Assembly (NCBI GenBank): GCA_024650005.2
Contig: CP122380.1
Span: 128,001-192,000 of the forward strand
DNA from: Candidatus Bathyarchaeum tardum
Lineage (GTDB): Archaea; Thermoproteota; Bathyarchaeia; Bathyarchaeales; Bathyarchaeaceae
Length of the DNA stretch: 64,000 bases
Direction: 5' to 3'
The notes beneath the pieces were generated by a model. That model searched no databases. It saw nothing but the letters and a program-made list of their open reading frames with translations, and was not told the DNA's origin. The position numbers and the translations under genes are program-made. How positions within the stretch are numbered: the stretch's first letter is position 1; each line of letters opens with the position of its first letter. This document shows positions 9,191 to 18,648 of this stretch, in pieces.

Positions 9191-10422
9191 TCCCTTAATC
9201 CGACAAATTGTATCTTGTTTTCAATTTGTCCTGTTTTTGCAATATTCTGTAAATCTTTGTAGATGCTTTCAATCATTATTGGTGGTGTATCTCGTCCACC
9301 TAGACCGTAAATGTAGTTAACTACTTGTGGGCTATCCGACACATCATATAATGCATGACGAATTTCAATGAAAATTGGTCCACCGTTTCCGCCAAAACTT
9401 GATGAACGATCCATTACGGCAACCGCCTTTTTACCTGACAAGTTGCTGATTATATCTTCAACAGGTACAGGTCTAAACGTTCTTAATCTGAGCAATCCTG
9501 CTTTGATTCCTTTTTCACGCAGATCATCTACAACAGTTTTTATTGTTCCCGCAGTAGAACCGATACATACTGTAACAATCTCTGCATCTTCAAGCCTGTA
9601 TGCTTCAACTAACGCATTTCCATAACTTCGTCCACTTTGTTTTGCATATTCGTTATGTACTTGTTTGATAACTTTAAGCGCTTTTTTCATGGCTTCTTCT
9701 TGTTGTCGTTTATGTTCAAAGTAGTAATCTTGAAGAGCAACAGGTCCAAGTGTCAATGGTTTTTCGGGGTCCAGCTTGAACGGAACAATTTCGCCTCTAT
9801 GATTCATCACGTGGGGAATTTGTCGTATTCCTACAAATTTTTTAACAGTTTCATCTGGAAGAACGGTTACGTTCTCTAACGTGTGGCTTAAAACGAAGCC
9901 GTCAATTCCAACCATTATTGGAAGTTGAACCTCCAAGTTTTCAGCGATTTTGAATGCTTGAATTATCGAATCATAGGCTTCTTGGCTGTTTTCGGCATAC
10001 ATCTGTATCCAGCCCAAATCCCTTTGAGCCATAGAATCTGCATGGTCACAGTGAATGTTAAGGGGAGCTGACAATGCCCTATTAACAACCGACATTACAA
10101 TTGGCATTCTTGAACCTGAAGCAACACCCAACATTTCATGCATTAATGCTAGACCAGCAGATGCAGTTGCAGTAAAAGTTCGGGCACCTGTTGCCGCTGC
10201 TGTTATGCTACATGTCATTGCTGTGTGTTCTGATTCTACACAAACGAATTCTGTGTCTACTTCGCCGTTTGCGACGTATTCACTAAATTTTTCGACAATT
10301 ATAGTTTGAGGGGTAATTGGATATGCAGCTACTACATCTACGTCGCACTGTTTTACAGCGTAGGCGACTGCTTCATCTCCGTTGAGAGGTATAGTTTTTT
10401 GTTCAACTTTGGTCATTTTCAT
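9187..10422 (-). CDS. porA: Pyruvate/2-oxoacid:ferredoxin oxidoreductase alpha subunit
   Basis: AYPITPQT, VESEH, NRALSAP, GLGGRD. Confidence 0.95.
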   Translation of the reverse strand: MKMTKVEQKTIPLNGDEAVAYAVKQCDVDVVAAYPITPQTIIVEKFSEYVANGEVDTEFVCVESEHTAMTCSITAAATGARTFTATASAGLALMHEMLGVASGSRMPIVMSVVNRALSAPLNIHCDHADSMAQRDLGWIQMYAENSQEAYDSIIQAFKIAENLEVQLPIMVGIDGFVLSHTLENVTVLPDETVKKFVGIRQIPHVMNHRGEIVPFKLDPEKPLTLGPVALQDYYFEHKRQQEEAMKKALKVIKQVHNEYAKQSGRSYGNALVEAYRLEDAEIVTVCIGSTAGTIKTVVDDLREKGIKAGLLRLRTFRPVPVEDIISNLSGKKAVAVMDRSSSFGGNGGPIFIEIRHALYDVSDSPQVVNYIYGLGGRDTPPIMIESIYKDLQNIAKTGQIENKIQFVGLRE

Positions 10423-10710
10423 TCACTCCTTTCCTTCCATGACCATTTCTATGGCTTTTGCTGGGCATTCATTTGCACAAATTCCGCAGCCTTTACAGAA
10501 ATCATAATCATATACCATGACATTTTGTTCTTCATTATATGTAACTGCGCCTTCAGGACAAAATATGTGACAGTTCATGCAACGTATGCATTTTTCTATG
10601 TTCCAAATAGGCTTGTAGGAACGCCAGTCTCCAGTTTTATAATCTGTACTAGGTACCCAACATACTCCTGCTATGGGAATTTCTTTCCAATTTTTCTTTT
10701 GTGGGCTCAT
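10423..10710 (-). CDS. porD: 2-oxoacid:ferredoxin oxidoreductase delta subunit (2x[4Fe-4S])
   Basis: KTGDWR, CIRCMNCHIFCP, CKGCGICANECP. Confidence 0.95.
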   Translation of the reverse strand: MSPQKKNWKEIPIAGVCWVPSTDYKTGDWRSYKPIWNIEKCIRCMNCHIFCPEGAVTYNEEQNVMVYDYDFCKGCGICANECPAKAIEMVMEGKE

Positions 10711-11285
10711 TCAGTATTTGCCTCCTTGTATGCTTCTTTGATTACTCCAATGTTTTTTTCTGCAAGTTGTTCTGGAAAACGGTCATTTACTGCTTTTTCG
10801 ATGCTTTCCATTTCTACTATCCCTGTTGCGCGGGCAACCACTCCAAGCATTGCTGTGTTTGTTATTGCTCTTCCAAGAATCCGCATTGCTACATCAGTTG
10901 CTGGAACTGTCCACACTGTTCCTTGTTTCATATTCAGTTTTGCTTTCATTGTTTTTGGGTCTTTTGTTGTGTTTATTATCAAAATTCCTTCTTTGCTTAA
11001 GCCCTCTGTAACTGGAACTGTTGCTAAAAGGGTTGGATCCATTACTATTGCTAAATCTGGATGGTATACTGCAGAATGGAGCCTGATTGGTTCATCACTA
11101 ATTCGTGTATAAGCTTTTACTGGTGCCCCCATTCTTTCAGGACCGAATTCGGGGAATGATTGGATAAATTTACCTTCATGGATTGCAGCTCGCGCCAACA
11201 GCTCACTTGCTGTCCACGCTCCTTGACCACCTCGTCCATGCCATCTGAACTCTTTGAGAACCACTAATCTTCCTCCAAACAGCAT
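10707..11285 (-). CDS. porG: 2-oxoacid:ferredoxin oxidoreductase gamma subunit
   Basis: HGRGGQGA, FPEFGPERMGAP, NTAMLG. True start is probably slightly downstream. Confidence 0.95.
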   Translation of the reverse strand: MLFGGRLVVLKEFRWHGRGGQGAWTASELLARAAIHEGKFIQSFPEFGPERMGAPVKAYTRISDEPIRLHSAVYHPDLAIVMDPTLLATVPVTEGLSKEGILIINTTKDPKTMKAKLNMKQGTVWTVPATDVAMRILGRAITNTAMLGVVARATGIVEMESIEKAVNDRFPEQLAEKNIGVIKEAYKEANTE

Positions 11286-11289
11286 CTCA

Positions 11290-11309
11290 CGTAATTTGTT
11301 TAAATTACG
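11290..11309. promoter_or_regulatory. Inverted repeat CGTAATTT-GTTT-AAATTACG upstream of the por operon
   Basis: Perfect 8-bp arms between the probable TATA box and the porG start. Confidence 0.45.
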
Positions 11310-11553
11310 ACTTACAAGTTACGGTCATTTTTAAGTATTAGGGAAATTGCACACCTGCAGTGCAGTTTTATTGAATATTTTTTGTATTTTGAGTCATAAA
11401 AACTCGTGATTTTATTACCCTTCGATTTGTATGTGCTCGAAGTGACACCTGCTCTTTTATGAATTACATGAAACTTCAGTGCAAACATATAAGAGGATAT
11501 GCCGCAATTTAGATTTAATTTAAAATTATGCTAGGAAAAATGAGGAATGATTT

Positions 11554-11889
11554 TTGGGCAAAGAAGCAACGAATTATGAAGATGATACAAGCAAAATTGG
11601 TAATAATATTGTTCTTATTGGCAAAAAGCCAGTAATGAATTATGTTACTGCTTGTATCACATTCTTCAACAGCAGCGGTGAAAACAATGTTGTTGTCAAA
11701 GCTCGTGGTCGGGCAATATGTAAAGCCGTTGATGCAGTTGAATTGCTTCGTCGTGCATTCATCAAAAACTTAGAAATTAGTAATGTTTCAATAGATACTG
11801 TAGAACTCTTTAGATCTGAAGACAATCAAAAATCAAATATCTCAACAATCGAAATCATTATCAAAAAATCTGAACCATCACAAACTTAA
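11554..11889 (+). CDS. albA: DNA/RNA-binding protein Alba
   Basis: IGKKPVMNYV, KARGRAICKAVDAVE, ISTIEI. Confidence 0.95.
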   Translation: MGKEATNYEDDTSKIGNNIVLIGKKPVMNYVTACITFFNSSGENNVVVKARGRAICKAVDAVELLRRAFIKNLEISNVSIDTVELFRSEDNQKSNISTIEIIIKKSEPSQT

Positions 11890-12008
11890 TCTTAACTTTA
11901 GATTTTCTTTACACTTGTGCTATTTTATTGTCCATTTGGTAAATTGTTTCAGGACTTAGATATGTATAAAAATAGTGCAACTTACTTGAATATTATTGGT
12001 GCACTATT

Positions 12009-13349
12009 TTGTCTGATTATCCAAATATTGTTGTTCGACCACCTGGACCTAAAGCTAGAACGTTAACTAAACGTGATTCAGTTGCCCTTTCTCCCTCATT
12101 TACTCGTTATTATCCTTTGGTGATAGAATCTGGACATGATTGTATCGTAAAAGATGTAGACGGAAACGAGTACATAGACTTCAACTCAGGATTAGCTTGT
12201 TTAAACGTCGGGCACACTCATCCCAAAGTTGTTGAAGCAATAAAGAATCAATGCGACAAGTTTTTGCATTATTCTAACACGGATTTTTATTATAGTCAAA
12301 CAGTAAATTTAGCAGAGAAACTTTTCGAGATAACTCCTGGAGATTTCCAAAAAAAGGTACACTTTGGAAACAGCGGGGCAGAAGCTGTAGAAACAGCAAT
12401 CAAACTTTCCAAATGGCACACCCGTAAACACCAATTCATTGCATTTATAGGAGCCTTTCATGGACGAACATGTGCTGCGACGGCTCTTACCGCAAGTAAA
12501 CCAACTCAAAGGCGACATTTTTTTCCATTAATTCCCGGAATAACACATGTTCCGTACCCGTACTGTTACCGGTGTCCGTTCCACCTTTCACACCCTGAAT
12601 GCAATTACCACTGTGTGGACTTCATAGATGAACAAGTTTTGCAAAAATACGTTCCCCCTGAAGAAGTTGCAGGATTTGTTTTTGAGCCGATTCAAGGTGA
12701 AGGTGGGTATGTTGTTCCTCCTTCTAATTATTTTCAACGCCTTCGAAAATTGGCAGATAAATACGGTTTGTTGTTGATTGCTGATGAAGTTCAATCTGGA
12801 ATTGGGCGAACTGGAAAATGGTTTGCAATTGAACACTGGAAAACTGAACCTGATATAATTTGTGTCGCAAAAGCTCTTGCTTCAGGGTTGCCGTTAAGTG
12901 CAACTGTGGCACGGGCGCGGTTGATGGATTGGGACGCTGGTTCTCATGCTAGCACTTTTGGAGGAAATCCTTTGGCGTGTGCAGCTGCAGTGAATGTTCT
13001 TGAAACAATCAAGGAAGAAAAACTTCTTGAAAATGCTGAAAAACAGGGTAATTACATCATGAAGTGGCTGCGTGATGTAAGAGAAGAACACGAGATTGTT
13101 GGTGACGTTCGAGGTAAAGGCTTGATGATTGGAGTTGAGTTTGTGGAAGATAAACAAACTAAAACAGCTGGACCTGATCAAGCTAGAGAAGTTATGGTTC
13201 GTTGCTGGCGACGGGGTGTAGCAATTATAACTTGTGGAGTTTCGACTCTTCGGTTGGTTCCTCCTTTAACAATAAGTCGAGACCTAATAGATTCTAGTTT
13301 AGAAATAATTGGAGATGTCATCAAAGAAGTTGACGAAGAGTCTTCTTAA
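12009..13349 (+). CDS. Class III PLP aminotransferase (acetylornithine/4-aminobutyrate family; substrate uncertain)
   Basis: NSGAEA, FHGRT, EPIQGEGG, DEVQSGIGRTG, VAKALASG, STFGGNP. Confidence 0.9.
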   Translation: MSDYPNIVVRPPGPKARTLTKRDSVALSPSFTRYYPLVIESGHDCIVKDVDGNEYIDFNSGLACLNVGHTHPKVVEAIKNQCDKFLHYSNTDFYYSQTVNLAEKLFEITPGDFQKKVHFGNSGAEAVETAIKLSKWHTRKHQFIAFIGAFHGRTCAATALTASKPTQRRHFFPLIPGITHVPYPYCYRCPFHLSHPECNYHCVDFIDEQVLQKYVPPEEVAGFVFEPIQGEGGYVVPPSNYFQRLRKLADKYGLLLIADEVQSGIGRTGKWFAIEHWKTEPDIICVAKALASGLPLSATVARARLMDWDAGSHASTFGGNPLACAAAVNVLETIKEEKLLENAEKQGNYIMKWLRDVREEHEIVGDVRGKGLMIGVEFVEDKQTKTAGPDQAREVMVRCWRRGVAIITCGVSTLRLVPPLTISRDLIDSSLEIIGDVIKEVDEESS

Positions 13350-13354
13350 TCTAT

Positions 13355-14158
13355 TTAATTTAACGTTTCGATAACCGTGGAATATCGTGAAGATAGTTCC
13401 ATTCGGTTTTCATATCCTCTTCTTGCGTAAACATTTCGAATTTTTATTCTTACGCCTTCGGGCAAATCTTTAACTGTTTGCGCCAAATTTCTCCATGCTG
13501 ACACTCTGATTGTGCTTGACTTGTCAGTTAATTCAAAATTGGCAACTGCAATTTTTTCATTTCGTGCTGTTGTGACTTCTCTGAATACGGGTTTTGTTGT
13601 GACTGTTCCTTCAACTGTTATTGGACCGCCTTCCTCTGTAATTTCAGCTAACTTTTTTGTTGCCTGATCTAGAACCTTGATTCTTCCTTTATCTCCTAGA
13701 TGCAGTTCAGGTTTTCCATCTTGTCCTTGGCGGACGTATGCATGGGACACGTTGATTTTTTGCTCTTTTTGAATTTTTCCTTTGTCTAAAAGTTCGGCTT
13801 TGTCGTCCCACAGAACAACTCTTATTGTTCCAGTTTTGTCTGAAACAATAATGCTGCCTATTTTTCCTTCTGTCCAATCTCTGCGTTTGAATGTTCTGGA
13901 TGGATAACTTGTAACAACTTGGACATTCAAGGAAACGTCATTTAATCCTGATACGATGTCTTTGATTTGAATTTTAAGACTAAACTGTTTCTTAGATATT
14001 TTAACTCCTAGTTCGGATGCTATAATTCGAGCTGCTGTTTGGTCTGTTAGGAAATTTCCTGTTTCCTTTTTTTTATTTTTTATCATTTCAAAAATTTGTT
14101 CAGTTTTGAGGTCAGTACGGGCTGTTAAAATTTGGTTAACAATTATATCTAAACCCAT
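13355..14158 (-). CDS. Replication protein A-like ssDNA-binding protein with two OB folds
   Basis: N-terminal helical segment (AARIIASELG); two OB repeats, SDKTGTIRVVLW and TDKSSTIRVSAW. Confidence 0.85.
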   Translation of the reverse strand: MGLDIIVNQILTARTDLKTEQIFEMIKNKKKETGNFLTDQTAARIIASELGVKISKKQFSLKIQIKDIVSGLNDVSLNVQVVTSYPSRTFKRRDWTEGKIGSIIVSDKTGTIRVVLWDDKAELLDKGKIQKEQKINVSHAYVRQGQDGKPELHLGDKGRIKVLDQATKKLAEITEEGGPITVEGTVTTKPVFREVTTARNEKIAVANFELTDKSSTIRVSAWRNLAQTVKDLPEGVRIKIRNVYARRGYENRMELSSRYSTVIETLN

Positions 14159-14284
14159 GTTGCTTCACTGAGTGACTTCAATTTAGTTTTTTGTTGCCAA
14201 CTATTGCTGAATGGTTGGCGAGTGTCCTTCTATCTTTTACTTATTTGTTTGTTCCGCAATAAAGATAGAACAAAAAGATTTTGC

Positions 14285-14404
14285 TCATTCTTCTTCGGTT
14301 TCGTCTTTACCGTAAACCATGTACAAGAAGCCTAGAACCAATGCTGTGAAAATCAAGGCTGATAATCCGATGAGTATCCAGGCAAAATATCCATCTGCAG
14401 TCAT
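14285..14404 (-). CDS. 39-aa single-pass membrane microprotein (absent from ORF track)
   Basis: MTADGYFAWILIGLSALIFTALVLGFLYMVYGKDETEEE, with AGGAG upstream of the ATG. Confidence 0.7.
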   Translation of the reverse strand: MTADGYFAWILIGLSALIFTALVLGFLYMVYGKDETEEE

Positions 14405-14442
14405 GTTAAATTCTCCTGTGGTCTAAAATAATTGGATGTGAA

Positions 14443-14856
14443 CTATTTAAGCTGATGCCCTTTCCATTCTTCCATGAGGCAATCGTAGAGTCTATCTTCT
14501 TCTTCGATTTTGTCGTACAGCTCTAATTCATCGGCTATCTTTTGCGCAATAAGATGATAACAAATGTTTGTTTCCCTATCCATTACCCTGAAATAAAAGT
14601 CATCACAAGAACAAAAACCAGCTTCTGGCATAATCTGATATTCCCGTTCTCTGCCCACAACTACCCAAACAATTCTGCCACTGGGACTAAAAATATACTT
14701 TTTTACCCGTTCCTCTTGAATTGTATTCCACGCTTTTGTAAACCGCGAACCAAAAGCTTCTGATAACTGAACTAGCTGACTTTCTGTCAGTTTCCCTTTA
14801 TCTTTTGCTTCTTCACACAATTTTTCGAGTAGCTTGACTTCTTTGGAGATTTTCAT
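14443..14856 (-). CDS. SWIM zinc-finger protein
   Basis: FCSCDDFYFR...ICYHLIA (CxC..CxH). Confidence 0.85.
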   Translation of the reverse strand: MKISKEVKLLEKLCEEAKDKGKLTESQLVQLSEAFGSRFTKAWNTIQEERVKKYIFSPSGRIVWVVVGREREYQIMPEAGFCSCDDFYFRVMDRETNICYHLIAQKIADELELYDKIEEEDRLYDCLMEEWKGHQLK

Positions 14857-14936
14857 TAGCTCTTTTATTTGTTAGACTAGTTATTGGCTTTTCTGTATTT
14901 GACCCCTTCTTCGAACAATGGTTTTTGTTTGGCTGT

Positions 14937-15569
14937 TTATTCAACTTTGATTGGTTCGCCATTTGCTTGTTCTTCTTCAATTTTGGGTAACGTGACTTGT
15001 AGCACTCCGTTTTTATAGGATGTTTTGGCTTTCTTCGGGTCAATCTTTGATGGAATCTCGATTTGTTTATAGTATTTGCGTTGTTCTGTGTCAACAGAAA
15101 TAGTCAATGTCTCAGGGGTTCCAGAAAGTTTGATTTCTTCTTTTGCAACTCCTGGCAGTTCTGCTATTACTTTGATTTCACTTTCTAAGTCAACAATGTC
15201 TACTAAGGGTTCCCGTTCTTGTTTCACGTCAAGACACGGTTTGTTTACGCCACACGTTTCAGCCTCGTTTGAAGGTTTGACGTTGCCAAATTCTCGGATT
15301 TTTGGTTTGCCGTCTGGTCCTATGGTCATGCTGTATCCATAAACAAATGGACCCCACTCGGGTACTGTTGAACCGTCAGGAAGTTTGCGTTCTCTTTTCA
15401 TTTCTTCAGGTATGCGCGTTCTGAATTGTTCAAAATTTTGTTCCATCATTTCTTCCATTTCTCGCATCATGTCTTCAATGTCTCCGAAGAACCAGTTTCC
15501 AAAAAATGGAGTTCGTCTTTTTCGTTTCTTATACCATTCGGGCAAATCGTCCCCTGACATCACTTTCAC
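14937..15569 (-). CDS. hsp20: Archaeal small heat-shock protein Hsp20
   Basis: GPFVYGYSMTIGPDGKP, REPLVD, AELPGV, YKNGVL, C-terminal IKVE. Confidence 0.95.
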   Translation of the reverse strand: MKVMSGDDLPEWYKKRKRRTPFFGNWFFGDIEDMMREMEEMMEQNFEQFRTRIPEEMKRERKLPDGSTVPEWGPFVYGYSMTIGPDGKPKIREFGNVKPSNEAETCGVNKPCLDVKQEREPLVDIVDLESEIKVIAELPGVAKEEIKLSGTPETLTISVDTEQRKYYKQIEIPSKIDPKKAKTSYKNGVLQVTLPKIEEEQANGEPIKVE

Positions 15570-15620
15570 CTTGCCTTTACATGTGTTACGGAATTCATTA
15601 AATCTTTCGAAGCTCCCTTC

Positions 15621-16460
15621 TTAGCAAAGGCATAAAGCCTTTCTGACGGATTCATACAATTCCATATTGGCAGCAGCAACAAAAGACACCCTTTGTGTCG
15701 CTTCTAACGGCACATTAAGCTCATTAGCATCTGGTGTCATTATGATTCCGCCCGCTTCTTGTAGGATAAGATATGATGCAACCATGTCTGTCACTCTTAA
15801 TTTTGATCTAACGTCGACAAATACGTCGGTAGAACCGTCTGCAACATAGCAGATTTCTTGTGCATTGGCTCCAAAATGTCGGAAATGTTTTCCACAACTA
15901 AACAATCCTTTAAGTTTGGATACGAATTCTTCAATTTTAATCGTGTTCAAATCTACACCAATAACTGCATCTTCTATGTTCGTCACTTTTGACGGGTTAA
16001 TTGGTTTTCCGTTCTTGAATGCACCCTTATTTTTTTGTGCAGTGTAGGTTATGTCGTGCACTATGTCGGATACAATTGCTGTTTCTACGTTTTTAAGCCA
16101 AGATCCTTTAGAAACGGCAATAACGTGAGCACAAAATGGTAAGCCGTGAACGGCATTTGTTGTGCCATCAACAGGATCAGTTACAACATAATAATCTGAA
16201 GATTCTTTTCCTATTTTTTTGGTTCCTGCTTCTTCACTAACTAATGTACACGATATTTCATGCTTGTTCAAGCAGTCTATCAATGCATTTTCTGCTGCTA
16301 AATCAATTTTTTTTGAGTGGTCTCCCCCTGCTCCCACTGTAAAGCTTTCTGCAGCCTCGGGTGAGCCATAATATTTCTGGGCTGCTTTTTTCATTTCTTG
16401 TGCGCATTCTTGTATTATTTTCAACCAGTCCGTCATTTTTTTCACGCCAGTATTTTCCAA
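15621..16460 (-). CDS. suhB: Inositol monophosphatase / FBPase family
   Basis: GAGGD...IDL.AE, VSEEAG, DPVDGTTN, R.TDMVA. Confidence 0.9.
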   Translation of the reverse strand: MENTGVKKMTDWLKIIQECAQEMKKAAQKYYGSPEAAESFTVGAGGDHSKKIDLAAENALIDCLNKHEISCTLVSEEAGTKKIGKESSDYYVVTDPVDGTTNAVHGLPFCAHVIAVSKGSWLKNVETAIVSDIVHDITYTAQKNKGAFKNGKPINPSKVTNIEDAVIGVDLNTIKIEEFVSKLKGLFSCGKHFRHFGANAQEICYVADGSTDVFVDVRSKLRVTDMVASYLILQEAGGIIMTPDANELNVPLEATQRVSFVAAANMELYESVRKALCLC

Positions 16461-16544
16461 TTAATGAAATACTCATCTTGACATTTAAGCTCAAAGCTTT
16501 AGCGAAAAAACACTTAAGGAAGATTAGAACTTTGAAACAAAGGA

Positions 16545-16632
16545 GCGGGGGTCGCCGAGCCAGGTCAAAGGCGCAGGCTTCAGGAGCCTGTCCCGTAGGG
16601 GTTCGTGGGTTCGAATCCCACTCCCCGCACCA
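16545..16632 (+). tRNA. tRNA-Leu (anticodon CAG), no intron, CCA encoded
   Basis: Acceptor GCGGGGG/CTCCCCGC-ACCA; anticodon arm CAGGC-TTCAGGA-GCCTG; long variable arm; T-arm GTGGG-TTCGAAT-CCCAC. Confidence 0.97.
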
Positions 16633-16848
16633 TTTTATTAGAAAATTATAACTAGGGTTAAAAGAATTATTCTTTTGTATTTAACGTTAAAACTGCACAA
16701 AGGTAAAACAAAACCCTCAAAAAAGGCAGTCTACATGTATTTGCCCTTAGAAGTTATGGCAGGAGATTGGAAAAACAAAGTAGACCACGCTGGAACCTGG
16801 GTAACGAGACAATCCACCGGATTGTTGCCTAACTATTGTTTTTCATTT

Positions 16849-17349
16849 CTATTTACACATTTTTAGTGATCTTCTATCTTTTATTGTTGCTTCTGCAAGT
16901 TTTCTTCCCAAGTTCATTGCTTGGTTTTCATCTGTTTTCCAAGGGTTAGCACGTTCAGGAACTGTTTCAATAACTATTCCGGGTTTGATAAACATTGGAT
17001 TGAAAACTCCCAAAATACGATCAATATTTTCAAGGGCAATTACTTGAGCACCGGTTCCTGTAGTAAAAACTGCCATAGGTTTACCTGCCATACTATCACG
17101 TAGCGAATAAAGTTGAGTCAACAACGACAATACTTTTCCAGACATTATACTGAAATGTGATGGTGACCCGATGGCATACCCATCAGCTTCAATAACTTCT
17201 TGTAAGTCAACTTCTTCTGTACGTTTTAGTTGAACATTTACATCACAAACTAATTTAACACCTTTAGCCACGGCTCTAGCAAGTTTTTCTGTATTTCCTG
17301 TATTAGAATCATACATTATCAAAATTTTTGGACACATAAAAATCCCCAT
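16849..17349 (-). CDS. Flavodoxin / WrbA-like flavoprotein
   Basis: YDSNTGNTEKLA FMN loop, IGSPSH, AVFTTG. Confidence 0.85.
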   Translation of the reverse strand: MGIFMCPKILIMYDSNTGNTEKLARAVAKGVKLVCDVNVQLKRTEEVDLQEVIEADGYAIGSPSHFSIMSGKVLSLLTQLYSLRDSMAGKPMAVFTTGTGAQVIALENIDRILGVFNPMFIKPGIVIETVPERANPWKTDENQAMNLGRKLAEATIKDRRSLKMCK

Positions 17350-17546
17350 ATATTATATCTTTGATTTCATATAAAAAATAAGCTATAGTAAAATTTGTGG
17401 TGCAATAATTTGATTGCTTCTTTTATGTGGAAATGTAAAAGTTTCAAAATTGAACTGGAATATTTTTTTTCAAATAATTCCCTGATTTATTTATTAAAAA
17501 AGGTGGGGGGGGGTCCAATCTCTTTGAAAAATGAAACCCGATCTAA

Positions 17547-17768
17547 TTATTGTAATATGTCGTTTCCTTGTTCAGTTAGACTATAGTTATTTTCTATTTG
17601 TTTTACAAGTCCTGCGTTGACTAGTTCTCTGAGTCCACTTCTGACTTTAAACATAGGTTGTCCTGTTTGTTCTGAAACTGTTTTAGCTGTTGATGCTCCA
17701 TTTTTGATTGCCGTTAGTGTTGCAATTCCACTTTTGGTTGGCTTTCCATCTGCAGAAACACATGGCAA
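17547..17768 (-). CDS. Small winged-helix protein with an N-terminal Cys
   Basis: Likely TTG start at 17768 after GTGAT (MPCVSADGKP). HTH segment AKTVSEQTGQPMFKVRSGLRELVNAGLV and wing YSLTEQG. Confidence 0.75.
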   Translation of the reverse strand: MPCVSADGKPTKSGIATLTAIKNGASTAKTVSEQTGQPMFKVRSGLRELVNAGLVKQIENNYSLTEQGNDILQ

Positions 17769-17773
17769 GATTA

Positions 17774-18436
17774 TCACAACTTTTTGAAACAAAGATACCA
17801 ATCTTTGCAATCATATCCTTCTTTTATTCGCTCTTCAGCTCCTTCAGCAGTAGCTGGTGGTGGAACAACAACCGGGTCACCGGGTTTCCAATTTGCAGGC
17901 GTAGCAACTTTATGTTTATCTGTGGTTTGTAGCGCATCAATAATTCGTAAAATTTCTTGCATGTTTCTTCCAGTTGATAATGGATAGTACAAGATAGTTC
18001 TAATTTTGCTCTCTGGATCAATGATGAAAACACATCTAACCGTTTCAGTTTTGCTTTGTCCGGGATGAATCATCCCAAATTTTTGGGACACTTCTTTGTT
18101 TAGGTCTGCAATTATTGGAAATGGAATTTTAACACCCATCTTTTCTTCGACGTTTCTTGCCCAAGCAATGTGAGATGAGACACTATCAACGCTTAAACCA
18201 AGAAGTTCTGTGTTTCTTTGTTTTAGGTCATCAGCAATTTTTGAAAATGCAATGAACTCTGTTGTGCAAACAGGAGTAAAATCTGCAGGATGTGAAAACA
18301 AAACAAGCCAACTTCCTTCATAATCTGACAGTCTTAATGTTCCCTGTGTTGTAACTGCTTCAAAGTCAGGAGCCCTTTCTCCAATTAATGGAAACTTAAT
18401 TTCATTTGTTTGATTTTCCATCAAAAACACCAACAA
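17774..18436 (-). CDS. Peroxiredoxin (archaeal Prx6/TDXH type)
   Basis: FSHPADFTPVCTTE, YYP.STGRN, PANWKPG, C-terminal CKDWYLC. Confidence 0.95.
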   Translation of the reverse strand: MLVFLMENQTNEIKFPLIGERAPDFEAVTTQGTLRLSDYEGSWLVLFSHPADFTPVCTTEFIAFSKIADDLKQRNTELLGLSVDSVSSHIAWARNVEEKMGVKIPFPIIADLNKEVSQKFGMIHPGQSKTETVRCVFIIDPESKIRTILYYPLSTGRNMQEILRIIDALQTTDKHKVATPANWKPGDPVVVPPPATAEGAEERIKEGYDCKDWYLCFKKL

Positions 18437-18648
18437 TAATTATTACTAACTTTGATTTTTTATGGGTTGTGTTTATTTTTTAAACTGTAACGTCATTTTT
18501 AATTTTCTTTGAGCTTCTTCGCTTTAGGCGTAGAATTTAACTCATTCTTATGTCGAAACAAAGGCAAATCAAAATTTTTTCTATTCGTTCAACGTCAAAA
18601 ATTTTTAGGTTATTATTTCCTGCTTTTTTCCTCTTTTTCTCTTTATTC

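Noticed and set aside
10306-11112. Long antisense ORFs (also 5978-6490, 21528-22145, 29519-30208)
   Set aside because: Shadows of well-supported genes on the opposite strand, with no motifs of their own.
16361-16651. 96-aa ORF across the tRNA
   Set aside because: It overlaps tRNA-Leu and the antisense strand of the IMPase gene; spurious.
16675-16866. 63-aa ORF downstream of the tRNA
   Set aside because: No clear RBS or recognisable motif. It may be a gene remnant but I cannot support that.
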